Positions 13,636 to 26,248 of a stretch of 64,000 nucleotides of DNA are shown here, piece after piece. Under the pieces are notes generated by a model. The model worked only from the letters and a program-made list of their open reading frames with translations. It had not been told where the DNA came from and did no database searches. This DNA comes from Auanema rhodensis (lineage: Eukaryota; Animalia; Nematoda). Position numbers and translations under genes: made by a program. Position 1 is the first letter of the stretch. Each line of letters starts with the position of its first letter. The stretch lies in contig OZ059898.1 in the NCBI GenBank assembly GCA_964057225.1, positions 10,602,001 to 10,666,000 of the forward strand, read 5' to 3'.

Positions 13636-13940
13636 GATTTAAAACCAAAATAGGCAATACCACATGTAACTATTGTTTTCAATTGTTTGTGTGAACGCGT
13701 TGCCAATAATGATTTAGCCTTTTCCGGTGTGCGTATCAAAGCTAATTGACGTAATAATGAAGATATGGGCAAGAGGGTTTTATATTCCTTGTCAGTTAAA
13801 AGAAAATTATTATTTTTCACAATATTAAATACAATTTCAACAATAATTTCAATTTGTGCAAAAGAAAATGAGGAAACAGAACAAGGAGTTTTGGCGCAAG
13901 AAGACAAAAAGTTGAAATTTGACAAAATACGACCACTCAT
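13632..13940 (-). CDS. Small Maverick protein (102 aa)
   Basis: Intact ORF tightly packed after the ATPase; EIVFNIVKNN...LLRQLA resembles the small gene usually found at this position in Mavericks. Confidence 0.7.
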   Translation of the reverse strand: MSGRILSNFNFLSSCAKTPCSVSSFSFAQIEIIVEIVFNIVKNNNFLLTDKEYKTLLPISSLLRQLALIRTPEKAKSLLATRSHKQLKTIVTCGIAYFGFKS

Positions 13941-13952
13941 TGAACAAGCACT

Positions 13953-14600
13953 TTAAACACTAAACACATTTCTGGCAACATAAACAATAGGGTTCTCCGC
14001 TGTTATATCAGATAGTATACGCTGCTTCTCACTTGTTAAAGGATGATTGTCAATCAGTAAATGACTATAGGGAGTAGACATTGCATCATCATACGCCTCT
14101 AGAGCATTTTTGAAACGTGGCCCAAATAATTGCTGCAGACAATTACGTATTTGTAATATATCTGAATGACTTTTCATCAGTATTATATATGTACTATTGA
14201 TTCGACTGGTCCTGTCCAGTTGAAATGCCGCTTGCACAAGATTAAACACTGCCAAATTCCAGTGATGAGCCCATACTGTAAAAATGTTGTTGAGTAATTC
14301 CTTTGCTGCTTTATTCGATGAAAAAAAGTTCATCAAATCATCCAGCACTAGTATAGTATTTACTCCCTTTTGTTCTTTTATCAAATCAGGATCAGGAGGC
14401 CCTTGAATAATTATTAAACGCTCATCATTTATTGGTACACCTGACGATGACCCACATTGACTGAACCAGAATATTCTATCAATGGGGACGTTGAAAAACT
14501 TTTCAGTATTTTCACATATGTGCTTTATGAGGGTTGTTTTACCGCATTGGGTAGCACCTATTACAGTTGTCTGACTGGGTAGTTTGAAGCTGAAAACCAT
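13953..14600 (-). CDS. Maverick A32-like (FtsK-HerA) DNA packaging ATPase
   Basis: Walker A GATQCGKT, Walker B LVLDD, and AHHWN...LVQ motif; ATG at 14600. Confidence 0.93.
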   Translation of the reverse strand: MVFSFKLPSQTTVIGATQCGKTTLIKHICENTEKFFNVPIDRIFWFSQCGSSSGVPINDERLIIIQGPPDPDLIKEQKGVNTILVLDDLMNFFSSNKAAKELLNNIFTVWAHHWNLAVFNLVQAAFQLDRTSRINSTYIILMKSHSDILQIRNCLQQLFGPRFKNALEAYDDAMSTPYSHLLIDNHPLTSEKQRILSDITAENPIVYVARNVFSV

Positions 14601-14679
14601 AATCAACCACTCGTAAATGTACCTAAAATGCAAATGATTTCATTTGCAATAGTGTACACGTATCAAGTGGTGGTTTGTC

Positions 14680-15851
14680 ATGGATGATTTTTACATTACT
14701 CTTCCATCATCAGTTGACTCTGAAAAAAGTAATACATCATCAGTGTTTCTTACCAGATTACCTGAAACACTAAGGCTACGCAATAATAGATATTGCATTG
14801 GGCTGACAGACATCATTTTTCCTTGTTCTATATTAAATGTTCAAAAAGATTTATCTTATACACTACGTTTTTCCAATAGAAAATTTATTCTACACTTGCC
14901 TAAAGGCAACTATGCAAATGGTGATGAAATAATACGCGGAATCAATGCTGGAAGAGAATCATTTATCGCCAACAATACAAAGCCTCTTGGAGCTGAGGAA
15001 GAAGCACGTATAAAAAGTTTAATGGATAAAGATGAAGATGTAAAAAAATGGTATAATAATCGCCAGGCTGAGGCTAAGCTAGTGGAGGAAATGCTCGCAG
15101 ACGCCACATTTCAGTTTAACAAAACATTGCAGCGCATAGAGTTTGTAACAAGCAAGCGACTATTAATGAATGCAACGCTTGGTGATGATTTTGCATATTT
15201 TCTTGGTTTTGAAAATAAAAACATCAACGATACAATAATAGCCAGGCGTCCCATTGATTTTTCAAATAACATTAATACAATGTATATATTGGCTGGACAG
15301 TTCCTTACTCTCCAGACCTTGCCCCAACAGATTTTCATCTGTTTAGGTCAATGGAGCATAGTTTAAGGGGAGAGAACTTCAAAAATATACAGGAAGTTGA
15401 AACCTTTGTGAAAAATTTTTTTGCATCAAAAAATAAAGTTTTTTTCAGGAAAGGTATCAGAAGTTTGAGAGACAGATGGGAGAAGGTTATCGCAAAGAAC
15501 GGCGAATACTAAAAATAATAAATTTTTTTCTCTCAATATGTTTTTTTGACTATTTTATGGGCTTGGGTGGGGGGGGCCGGGAATCAATGCAACCACCTAA
15601 TATATTGTGATATTGTAGAATATTCCATTCTTGGTAATGTGAAAGCTAATTTACTTGCATGTTTACCTGTACCACCTCCTACTGAATTTGGTAAAATGAT
15701 TGCCAAAACATTTAATCCTATTCGTTATGTACCAATCACTAGACAAACACTCGATACCATACGTATTGAAATTTTAGATGAATTTGGTCGTCCTATGCAA
15801 TTTAATTATGGTTCTACAGTTGTTACATTGCATGTTAAAAATATGAAATAA
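14680..15851 (+). pseudogene. Maverick minor capsid protein (penton/PX), interrupted by a 312-bp insertion
   Basis: N-terminal FYITLPSS...NTSSVFLTRLP...IGLTDIIFP and C-terminal YCDIVEYSILGNVKANLL...YVPI...IRIEILDEFGRP...VTLH; removing 15289-15600 plus one TA restores MYIYCD in frame. Confidence 0.88.
15289..15600. mobile_element. 312-bp TA-flanked non-coding insertion (MITE-like) in the minor capsid gene
   Basis: TA duplicated on both sides; weak terminal similarity (ttggctgg vs ttaggtgg). Also at 17083-17396, 18879-19188, 52629-52940 and 54423-54734. Confidence 0.7.
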
Positions 15852-15929
15852 ACGTTTTATTCAACAGTTATACAATACCACATTTTTATTTTCGAAGGTT
15901 TAAAAGATAGTTTAGGGCAGTTTTGTTTG

Positions 15930-16394
15930 TCAATCACCTATAGCCCAAAATCTCATCAATGCCGGAAGAAACGCCTTATCCAGTGCTGTAAGCATTCGAC
16001 TGGTCCTGTCCAGTTGAAATGCCGCTTGCACAAGATTAAACACTGCCAAATTCCAGTGATGAGCCCATACTGTAAAAATGTTGTTGAGTAATTCCTTTGC
16101 TGCTTTATTCGATGAAAAAAAGTTCATCAAATCATCCAGCACTAGTATAGTATTTACTCCCTTTTGTTCTTTTATCAAATCAGGATCAGGAGGCCCTTGA
16201 ATAATTATTAAACGCTCATCATTTATTGGTACACCTGACGATGACCCACATTGACTGAACCAGAATATTCTATCAATGGGGACGTTGAAAAACTTTTCAG
16301 TATTTTCACATATGTGCTTTATGAGGGTTGTTTTACCGCATTGGGTAGCACCTATTACAGTTGTCTGACTGGGTAGTTTGAAGCTGAAAACCAT
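15930..16394 (-). pseudogene. 3'-truncated packaging ATPase copy with a filler-derived C-terminal tail
   Basis: Identical to the ATPase up to DRTSR, then MLTALDKAFLPALMRFWAIGD. Confidence 0.85.
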
Positions 16395-16473
16395 AATCAA
16401 CCACTCGTAAATGTACCTAAAATGCAAATGATTTCATTTGCAATAGTGTACACGTATCAAGTGGTGGTTTGTC

Positions 16474-17647
16474 ATGGATGATTTTTACATTACTCTTCCA
16501 TCATCAGTTGACTCTGAAAAAAGTAATACATCATCAGTGTTTCTTACCAGATTACCTGAAACACTAAGGCTACGCAATAATAGATATTGCATTGGGCTGA
16601 CAGACATCATTTTTCCTTGTTCTATATTAAATGTTCAAAAAGATTTATCTTATACACTACGTTTTTCCAATAGAAAATTTATTCTACACTTGCCTAAAGG
16701 CAACTATGCAAATGGTGATGAAATAATACGCGGAATCAATGCTGGAAGAGAATCATTTATCGCCAACAATACAAAGCCTCTTGGAGCTGAGGAAGAAGCA
16801 CGTATAAAAAGTTTAATGGATAAAGATGAAGATGTAAAAAAATGGTATAATAATCGCCAGGCTGAGGCTAAGCTAGTGGAGGAAATGCTCGCAGACGCCA
16901 CATTTCAGTTTAACAAAACATTGCAGCGCATAGAGTTTGTAACAAGCAAGCGACTATTAATGAATGCAACGCTTGGTGATGATTTTGCATATTTTCTTGG
17001 TTTTGAAAATAAAAACATCAACGATACAATAATAGCCAGGCGTCCCATTGATTTTTCAAATAACATTAATACAATGTATATATTGGCTGGACAGTTCCTT
17101 ACTCTCCAGACCTTGCCCCAACAGATTTTCATCTGTTTAGGTCAATGGAGCATAGTTTAAGGGGAGAGAACTTCAAAAATATACAGGAAGTTGAAACCTT
17201 TGTGAAAAATTTTTTTGCATCAAAAAATAAAGTTTTTTTCAGGAAAGGTATCAGAAGTTTGAGAGACAGATGGGAGAAGGTTATCGCAAAGAACGGCGAA
17301 TACTAAAAATAATAAATTTTTTTCTCTCAATATGTTTTTTTGACTATTTTATGGGCTTGGGTGGGGGGGGGGCCGGGAATCAATGCAACCACCTAATATA
17401 TTGTGATATTGTAGAATATTCCATTCTTGGTAATGTGAAAGCTAATTTACTTGCATGTTTACCTGTACCACCTCCTACTGAATTTGGTAAAATGATTGCC
17501 AAAACATTTAATCCTATTCGTTATGTACCAATCACTAGACAAACACTCGATACCATACGTATTGAAATTTTAGATGAATTTGGTCGTCCTATGCAATTTA
17601 ATTATGGTTCTACAGTTGTTACATTGCATGTTAAAAATATGAAATAA
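16474..17647 (+). pseudogene. Minor capsid protein copy 2, interrupted
   Basis: Duplicate of 14680-15851. Confidence 0.88.
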
Positions 17648-17725
17648 ACGTTTTATTCAACAGTTATACAATACCACATTTTTATTTTCGAAGGTTTAAA
17701 AGATAGTTTAGGGCAGTTTTGTTTG

Positions 17726-18190
17726 TCAATCACCTATAGCCCAAAATCTCATCAATGCCGGAAGAAACGCCTTATCCAGTGCTGTAAGCATTCGACTGGT
17801 CCTGTCCAGTTGAAATGCCGCTTGCACAAGATTAAACACTGCCAAATTCCAGTGATGAGCCCATACTGTAAAAATGTTGTTGAGTAATTCCTTTGCTGCT
17901 TTATTCGATGAAAAAAAGTTCATCAAATCATCCAGCACTAGTATAGTATTTACTCCCTTTTGTTCTTTTATCAAATCAGGATCAGGAGGCCCTTGAATAA
18001 TTATTAAACGCTCATCATTTATTGGTACACCTGACGATGACCCACATTGACTGAACCAGAATATTCTATCAATGGGGACGTTGAAAAACTTTTCAGTATT
18101 TTCACATATGTGCTTTATGAGGGTTGTTTTACCGCATTGGGTAGCACCTATTACAGTTGTCTGACTGGGTAGTTTGAAGCTGAAAACCAT
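17726..18190 (-). pseudogene. 3'-truncated packaging ATPase copy
   Basis: Duplicate of 15930-16394. Confidence 0.85.
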
Positions 18191-18269
18191 AATCAACCAC
18201 TCGTAAATGTACCTAAAATGCAAATGATTTCATTTGCAATAGTGTACACGTATCAAGTGGTGGTTTGTC

Positions 18270-19439
18270 ATGGATGATTTTTACATTACTCTTCCATCAT
18301 CAGTTGACTCTGAAAAAAGTAATACATCATCAGTGTTTCTTACCAGATTACCTGAAACACTAAGGCTACGCAATAATAGATATTGCATTGGGCTGACAGA
18401 CATCATTTTTCCTTGTTCTATATTAAATGTTCAAAAAGATTTATCTTATACACTACGTTTTTCCAATAGAAAATTTATTCTACACTTGCCTAAAGGCAAC
18501 TATGCAAATGGTGATGAAATAATACGCGGAATCAATGCTGGAAGAGAATCATTTATCGCCAACAATACAAAGCCTCTTGGAGCTGAGGAAGAAGCACGTA
18601 TAAAAAGTTTAATGGATAAAGATGAAGATGTAAAAAAATGGTATAATAATCGCCAGGCTGAGGCTAAGCTAGTGGAGGAAATGCTCGCAGACGCCACATT
18701 TCAGTTTAACAAAACATTGCAGCGCATAGAGTTTGTAACAAGCAAGCGACTATTAATGAATGCAACGCTTGGTGATGATTTTGCATATTTTCTTGGTTTT
18801 GAAAATAAAAACATCAACGATACAATAATAGCCAGGCGTCCCATTGATTTTTCAAATAACATTAATACAATGTATATATTGGCTGGACAGTTCCTTACTC
18901 TCCAGACCTTGCCCCAACAGATTTTCATCTGTTTAGGTCAATGGAGCATAGTTTAAGGGGAGAGAACTTCAAAAATATACAGGAAGTTGAAACCTTTGTG
19001 AAAAATTTTTTTGCATCAAAAAATAAAGTTTTTTTCAGGAAAGGTATCAGAAGTTTGAGAGACAGATGGGAGAAGGTTATCGCAAAGAACGGCGAATACT
19101 AAAAATAATAAATTTTTTTCTCTCAATATGTTTTTTTGACTATTTTATGGGCTTGGGGGGGGGGCCGGGAATCAATGCAACCACCTAATATATTGAGATA
19201 TTGTAGAATATTCCATTCTTGGTAATGTGAAAGCTAATTTACTTGCATGTTTACCTGTACCACCTCCTACTGAATTTGGTAAAATGATTGCCAAAACATT
19301 TAATCCTATTCGTTATGTACCAATCACTAGACAAACACTCGATACCATACGTATTGAAATTTTAGATGAATTTGGTCGTCCTATGCAATTTAATTATGGT
19401 TCTACAGTTGTTACATTGCATGTTAAAAATATGAAATAA
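18270..19439 (+). pseudogene. Minor capsid protein copy 3, interrupted, with an extra TGT>TGA stop
   Basis: Duplicate; TGA at 19194-19196. Confidence 0.88.
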
Positions 19440-19517
19440 ACGTTTTATTCAACAGTTATACAATACCACATTTTTATTTTCGAAGGTTTAAAAGATAGTT
19501 TAGGGCAGTTTTGTTTG

Positions 19518-19899
19518 TCAATCACCTATAGCCCAAAATCTCATCAATGCCGGAAGAAACGCCTTATCCAGTGCTGTAAGCATTCGACTGGTCCTGTCCA
19601 GTTGAAATGCCGCTTGCACAAGATTAAACACTGCCAAATTCCAGTGATGAGCCCATACTGTAAAAATGTTGTTGAGTAATTCCTTTGCTGCTTTATTCGA
19701 TGAAAAAAAGTTCATCAAATCATCCAGCACTAGTATAGTATTTACTCCCTTTTGTTTTTTTATCAAATCAGGATCAGGAGGCCCTTGAATAATTATTAAA
19801 CGCTCATCATTTATTGGTACACCTGACGATGACCCACATTGACTGAACCAGAATATTCTATCAATGGAGACGTTGAAAAACTTTTCAGTATTTTCACAT
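19518..19899 (-). pseudogene. Internal ATPase fragment truncated at both ends
   Basis: CENTEKFF...DRTSR; broken at the satellite junction. Confidence 0.85.
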
Positions 19900-20518
19900 T
19901 TCACAAAAATCAAAGAGAAACACTTCTTGTTTACTTATTTGATTATAATACTTGAAATTCCAAAAACAGTAGAATAAAATTGAGAAAGCGACAAAAACAG
20001 TTGAACGATTTGAAGAGAATTGTAAGTATTAGAAAAAAATTAAAGTTTAGCTCTCTCTACTATTTAATGATTGTCGGCTAAAATATGGTAACAGTTTTTA
20101 TTAAAAGTTTCCATGATTAAGATTAAACAAAGAAAAAAAATCAAAGAGAAACACTTCTTGTTTTCTAATTTGATTATAACACTTGAAATTCCAACAAAAG
20201 TAAAGTAAAACTATTCAAGCGAGTAAGACTGTTGAACGATTTGAAGACAATTGTAAGTTGAAGAAAAAAATTAAAGTTTAGCTCCCTCTACTATTAACTG
20301 ATTGTCGGCTAAAATATGGTAACAGTTTTTATTAAAAGTTTCCATGACTAAGATTAAACAAAGAAGAAAAATCAAAGAGAAACACTTCTTGTTTCCTAAT
20401 TTGATTATAACACTTGAAATTCCAACAAAAGTAAAGTAAAACTGTTAAAGCGAGTAAAACTGTTGAACTAAAACAGTCTTTATAAAATATAAATGATATT
20501 TTTTTATAAAAATGAAGT

Positions 20519-20589
20519 TGCATCGGCCGGGAATCGAACCCGGGTCGCCCGCGTGGCAGGCGAGCATTCTACCACTGAACCACCGATGC
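20519..20589 (-). tRNA. tRNA-Gly(GCC)
   Basis: Reverse complement of the 71-nt tRNA-Gly. Confidence 0.97.
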
Positions 20590-21152
20590 TTCGAAAATGT
20601 TAGATTGTTTCCGAAAAATTATGAAAAGTCAAGTTCTACTGATTTGAAGAGAATTGTAAGTTTTAGAAAAGAATTAAAGTTCAGCTATCTCTACTATTAA
20701 CTGATTATCGGCTAAAATAAGGTAACAGTTTTTATTGAAAGTTTCCATGATTAAGATTAAACAAAGAAAAAAAATCAAAGAGAAACACTTCTTGTTTACT
20801 TATTTGATTATAATACTTGAAATTCCAAAAACAGTAGAATAAAATAGAGAAAGCGACGAAAAAAGTTGAGCGATTTGAAGACAATTGTAAGTTTAAGAAA
20901 AAAAATAAAGTTTAGCTCTCTCTACTATTAACTGATTGTCGGCTGAAATATGGTAACAGTTTTTATTAAAAGTTTCCATGATTAAGATTAAACAAAGAAA
21001 AAAAATCAAAGAGAAACACTTCTTGTTTCCTAATTTGATTATAACACTTGAAATTCCAACAAAAGTAAAGTAAAACTGTTAAAGCGAGTAAAACTGTTGA
21101 ACTAAAACAGTCTTTATAAAATATAAATGATATTTTTTTATAAAAATGAAGT

Positions 21153-21223
21153 TGCATCGGCCGGGAATCGAACCCGGGTCGCCCGCGTGGCAGGCGAGCA
21201 TTCTACCACTGAACCACCGATGC
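21153..21223 (-). tRNA. tRNA-Gly(GCC)
   Basis: Reverse complement of the 71-nt tRNA-Gly. Confidence 0.97.
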
Positions 21224-21786
21224 TTCGAAAATGTTAGATTGTTTCCGAAAAATTATGAAAAGTCAAGTTCTACTGATTTGAAGAGAATTGTAAGTTTTAG
21301 AAAAGAATTAAAGTTCAGCTATCTCTACTATTAACTGATTATCGGCTAAAATAAGGTAACAGTTTTTATTGAAAGTTTCCATGATTAAGATTAAACAAAT
21401 TAAAAAAATCAAAGAGAAACACTTCTTGTTTACTTATTTGATTATAATACTTGAAATTCCAAAAACAGTAGAATAAAATAGAGAAAGCGACGAAAAAAGT
21501 TGAGCGATTTGAAGACAATTGTAAGTTTGAGAAAAAAAATAAAGTTTAGCTCTCTCTACTATTAACTGATTGTCGGCTGAAATATGGTAACAGTTTTTAT
21601 TAAAAGTTTCCATGATTAAGATTAAACAAAGAAAAAAAATCAAAGAGAAACACTTCTTGTTTCCTAATTTGATTATAACACTTGAAATTCCAACAAAAGT
21701 AAAGTAAAACTGTTAAAGCGAGTAAAACTGTTGAACTAAAACAGTCTTTATAAAATATAAATGATATTTTTTTATAAAAATGAAGT

Positions 21787-21857
21787 TGCATCGGCCGGGA
21801 ATCGAACCCGGGTCGCCCGCGTGGCAGGCGAGCATTCTACCACTGAACCACCGATGC
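21787..21857 (-). tRNA. tRNA-Gly(GCC)
   Basis: Reverse complement of the 71-nt tRNA-Gly. Confidence 0.97.
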
Positions 21858-22419
21858 TTCGAAAATGTTAGATTGTTTCCGAAAAATTATGAAAAGTCAA
21901 GTTCTACTGATTTGAAGAGAATTGTAAGTTTTAGAAAAGAATTAAAGTTCAGCTATCTCTACTATTAACTGATTATCGGCTGAAATAAGGTAACAGTTTT
22001 TATTGAAAGTTTCCATGATTAAGATTAAACAAAGAAAAAAAATCAAAGAGAAACACTTCTTGTTTACTTATTTGATTATAATACTTGAAATTCCAAAAAC
22101 AGTAGAATAAAATTGAGAAAGCGACAAAAACAGTTGAACGATTTGAAGAGAATTGTAAGTATTAGAAAAAAATTAAAGTTTAGCTCTCTCTACTATTAAA
22201 TGATTGTCGGCTAAAATATGGTAACAGTTTTTATTAAAAGTTTCCATGATTAAGATTAAACAAAGAAAAAAATCAAAGAGAAACACTTCTTGTTTCCTAA
22301 TTTGATTATAACAGTTGAAATTCCAACAAAAGTAAAGTAAAACTGTTAAAGCGAGTAAAACTGTTGAACTAAAACAGTCTTTATAAAATATAAATGATAT
22401 TTTTTTATAAAAATGAAGT

Positions 22420-22490
22420 TGCATCGGCCGGGAATCGAACCCGGGTCGCCCGCGTGGCAGGCGAGCATTCTACCACTAAACCACCGATGC
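22420..22490 (-). tRNA. tRNA-Gly(GCC), one D-arm substitution (ggtttagtgg)
   Basis: Reverse complement with a C>T change in the D stem. Confidence 0.9.
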
Positions 22491-23975
22491 TTCGAAAATG
22501 TTAGATTGTTTCCGAAAAATTATGAAAAGTCAAGTTCTACTGATTTGAAGAGAATTGTAAGTTTTAGAAAAGAATTAAAGTTCAGCTATCTCTACTATTA
22601 ACTGATTATCGGCTAAAATAAGGTAACAGTTTTTATTGAAAGTTTCCATGATTAAGATTAAACAAAGAAAAAAATCAAAGAGAAACACTTCTTGTTTACT
22701 TATTTGATTATAATACTTGAAATTCCAAAAACAGTAGAATAAAATTGAGAAAGCGACAAAAACAGTTGAACGATTTGAAGAGAATTGTAAGTATTAGAAA
22801 AAAATTAAAGTTTAGCTCTCTCTACTATTTAATAATTGTCGGCTAAAATATGGTAACAGTTTTTATTAAAAGTTTCCATGATTAAGATTAAACAAAGAAA
22901 AAAAATCAAAGAGAAACACTTCTTGTTTTCTAATTTGATTATAACACTTGAAATTCCAACAAAAGTAAAGTAAAACTATTCAAGCGAGTAAAACTGTTGA
23001 ACGATTTGAAGACAATTGTAAGTTGAAGAAAAAAATTAAAGTTTAGCTATCTGTACTATTAACTGATTATCGGCTAAAATAAGGTAACAGTTTTTATTGA
23101 AAGTTTCCATGATTAAGATTAAACAAAGAAAAAAATCAAAGAGAAACACTTCTTGTTTACTTATTTGATTATAATACTTGAAATTCCAAAAACAGTAGAA
23201 TAAAATTGAGAAAGCGACAAAAACAGTTGAACGATTTGAAGAGAATTGTAAGTATTAGAAAAAAATTAAAGTTTAGCTCTCTCTACTATTTAATGATTGT
23301 CGGCTAAAATATGATAACAGTTTTTATTAAAAGTTTCCATGATTAAGATTAAACAAAGAAAAAAAATCAAAGAGAAACACTTCTTGTTTTCTAATTTGAT
23401 TATAACACTTGAAATTCCAACAAAAGTAAAGTAAAACTATTCAAGCGAGTAAAACTGTTGAACGATTTGAAGACAATTGTAAGTTGAAGAAAAAAAATAA
23501 AGTTTAGCTATCTGTACTATTAACTGATTATCGGCTAAAATAAGGTAACAGTTTCTATTGAAAGTTTCCATGATTAAGATTAAACAAAGAAAAAAAATCA
23601 AAGAGAAACACTTCTTGTTTACTTATTTGATTATAATACTTGAAATTCCAAAAACAGTAGAATAAAATTGAGAAAGCGACAAAAACAGTTGAACGATTTG
23701 AAGAGAATTGTAAGTATTAGAAAAAAATTAAAGTTTAGCTCTCTCTACTATTTAATGATTGTCGGCTGAAATATGGTAACAGTTTTTATTAAAAGTTTCC
23801 ATGATTAAGATTAAACAAAGAAAAAAAATCAAAGAGAAACACTTCTTGTTTTCTATTTTGATTATAACACTTGAAATTCCAACAAAAGTAAAGTAAAACT
23901 ATTCAAGCGAGTAAAACTGTTGAACTAAAACAGTCTTTATAAAATATAAATGATATTTTTTTATAAAAATGAAGT

Positions 23976-24046
23976 TGCATCGGCCGGGAATCGAACCCGG
24001 GTCGCCCGCGTGGCAGGCGAGCATTCTACCACTGAACCACCGATGC
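23976..24046 (-). tRNA. tRNA-Gly(GCC)
   Basis: Reverse complement of the 71-nt tRNA-Gly. Confidence 0.97.
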
Positions 24047-25844
24047 TTCGAAAATGTTAGATTGTTTCCGAAAAATTATGAAAAGTCAAGTTCTACTGAT
24101 TTGAAGAGAATTGTAAGTTTTAGAAAAGAATTAAAGTTCAGCTATCTCTACTATTAACTGATTATCGGCTAAAATAAGGTAACAGTTTTTATTGAAAGTT
24201 TCCATGATTAAGATTAAACAAAGAAAAAAAATCAAAGAGAAACACTTCTTGTTTACTTATTTGATTATAATACTTGAAATTCCAAAAACAGTAGAATAAA
24301 ATTGAGAAAGCGACAAAAACAGTTGAACGATTTGAAGAGAATTGTAAGTATTAGAAAAAAATTAAAGTTTAGCTCTCTCTACTATTTAATGATTGTCGGC
24401 TAAAATATGGTAACAGTTTTTATTAAAAGTTTCCATGATTAAGATTAAACAAAGAAAAAAAATCAAAGAGAAACACTTCTTGTTTTCTAATTTGATTATA
24501 ACACTTGAAATTCCAACAAAAGTAAAGTAAAACTATTCAAGCGAGTAAAACTGTTGAACGATTTGAAGACAATTGTAAGTTTTAGAAAAGAATTAAAGTT
24601 CAGCTATCTCTACTATTAACTGTTTATCGGCTAAAATAAGGTTACAGTTTTTATTGAAAGTTTCCATGATTAAGATTAAACAAAGAAAAAAAATCAAAGA
24701 GAAACACTTCTTGTTTACTTATTTGATTATAATACTTGAAATTCCAAAAACAGTAGAATAAAATTGAGAAAGCGACAAAAACAGTTGAACGATTTGAAGA
24801 GAATTGTAAGTATTAGAAAAAAATTAAAGTTTAGCTCTCTCTACTATTTAATGATTGTCGGCTAAAATATGGTAACAGTTTTTATTAAAAGTTTTCATTA
24901 TTAAGATTAAACAAAGAAAAAAAATCAAAGAGAAACACTTCTTGTTTTCTAATTTGATTATAACACTTGAAATTCCAACAAAAGTAAAGTAAAACTATTC
25001 AAGCGAGTAAAACTGTTGAACGATTTGAAGACAATTGTAAGTTGAAGAAAAAAATTAAAGTTTAGCTATCTGTACTATTAACTGATTATCGGCTAAAATA
25101 AGGTAACAGTTTTTATTGAAAGTTTCCATGATTAAGATTAAACAAAGAAAAAAAATCAAAGAGAAACACTTCTTGTTTACTTATTTGATTATAATACTTG
25201 AAATTCCAAAAACAGTAGAATAAAATTGAGAAAGCGACAAAAACAGTTGAACGATTTGAAGAGAATTGTAAGTATTAGAAAAAAATTAAAGTTTAGCTCT
25301 CTCTACTATTTAATGATTGTCGGCTAAAATATGGTAACAGTTGTTATTAAAAGTTTCCATGACTAAGATTAAACAAAGAAAAAAAATCAATGAGAAACAC
25401 TTCTTGTTTCCTAATTTGATTATAACACTTGAAATTCCAACAAAAGTAAAGTGAAACTGTAAAAGCGACTAAAACTGTCGAATTAAAACAGTTTTTATAA
25501 TTAAATTGTTAGATTGTCTTCCGAAAAATTTCCGAAAAATTATGAAGAAGTCGTCTTTTACTGATTTGAAGAGAATTGTTAGTTTTAGAAAATAATTAAA
25601 GTTTAGTTTTCTCTACTATTAACTGATTGTCGGCTAAAATATGGTAACAGTTTTTATTAAAACTTTCCATGATTATTATTAAACAAAGAAAAAAGAATCA
25701 AAGAGAAACACTTTTTGTTTACTTATTTGATTATAATACTTGAAATTTCAAAAGTAGTAGAATGAAATGAAGAAAGCGACAAAAACTGTTGAATTAAAAC
25801 AGTTTTTATAAAATATAAATGATATTTTCCTAATAAAATGAAGT

Positions 25845-25915
25845 TGCATCGGTCGGTAATCGAACCCGGGTCGCCCGCGTGGCAGGCGATCATTCTACCA
25901 CTGAACCACCGATGC
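25845..25915 (-). pseudogene. Degenerate tRNA-Gly(GCC) with three substitutions, one in the B box/T stem
   Basis: tgcatcggtcggtaatcgaacc...ggcgatcattc differs at three sites; ttcgattac replaces ttcgattcc. Confidence 0.75.
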
Positions 25916-26248
25916 TTCGAAAGTGTTAGATTGTTTCCGAAAAATTATGAAAAAGTCAAGTTCTACTGATTTAAAGACAATTGTAAGTTTTAGAGAACAA
26001 TTAAAGTTTAGTTTTCTCTACTATTAACTGATTGTCGGCTAAAATATGGTAACAGTTTATGTTAAAAGTCTCCATGATTAAGATTAAACAAAGAAAAAAA
26101 ATCAAAGAGAAACACTTCTTGTTTACTAATTTGATTATAACACTTGAAAATCCAACAAAAGTAAAATAAAAGTGTGAAAGCGGGTAAAACTGTTGAACTA
26201 AAACAGTCTTTATAAAATATAAATGATATTTTTTTATAAAAATGAAGT

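Larger units (their letters stand above)
11590..19899. mobile_element. Internal Maverick/Polinton fragment (no TIRs) embedded in the satellite
   Basis: Near-identical to the sequence from 48933 onward (offset ~37340); carries integrase, ATPase and minor capsid genes. Confidence 0.93.
14200..19899. repeat. Tandem amplification of a ~1794-bp ATPase 5' half plus minor capsid unit (~3.2 copies)
   Basis: Minor capsid starts at 14680, 16474 and 18270; the same 62-bp filler sits at each junction. Confidence 0.95.
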
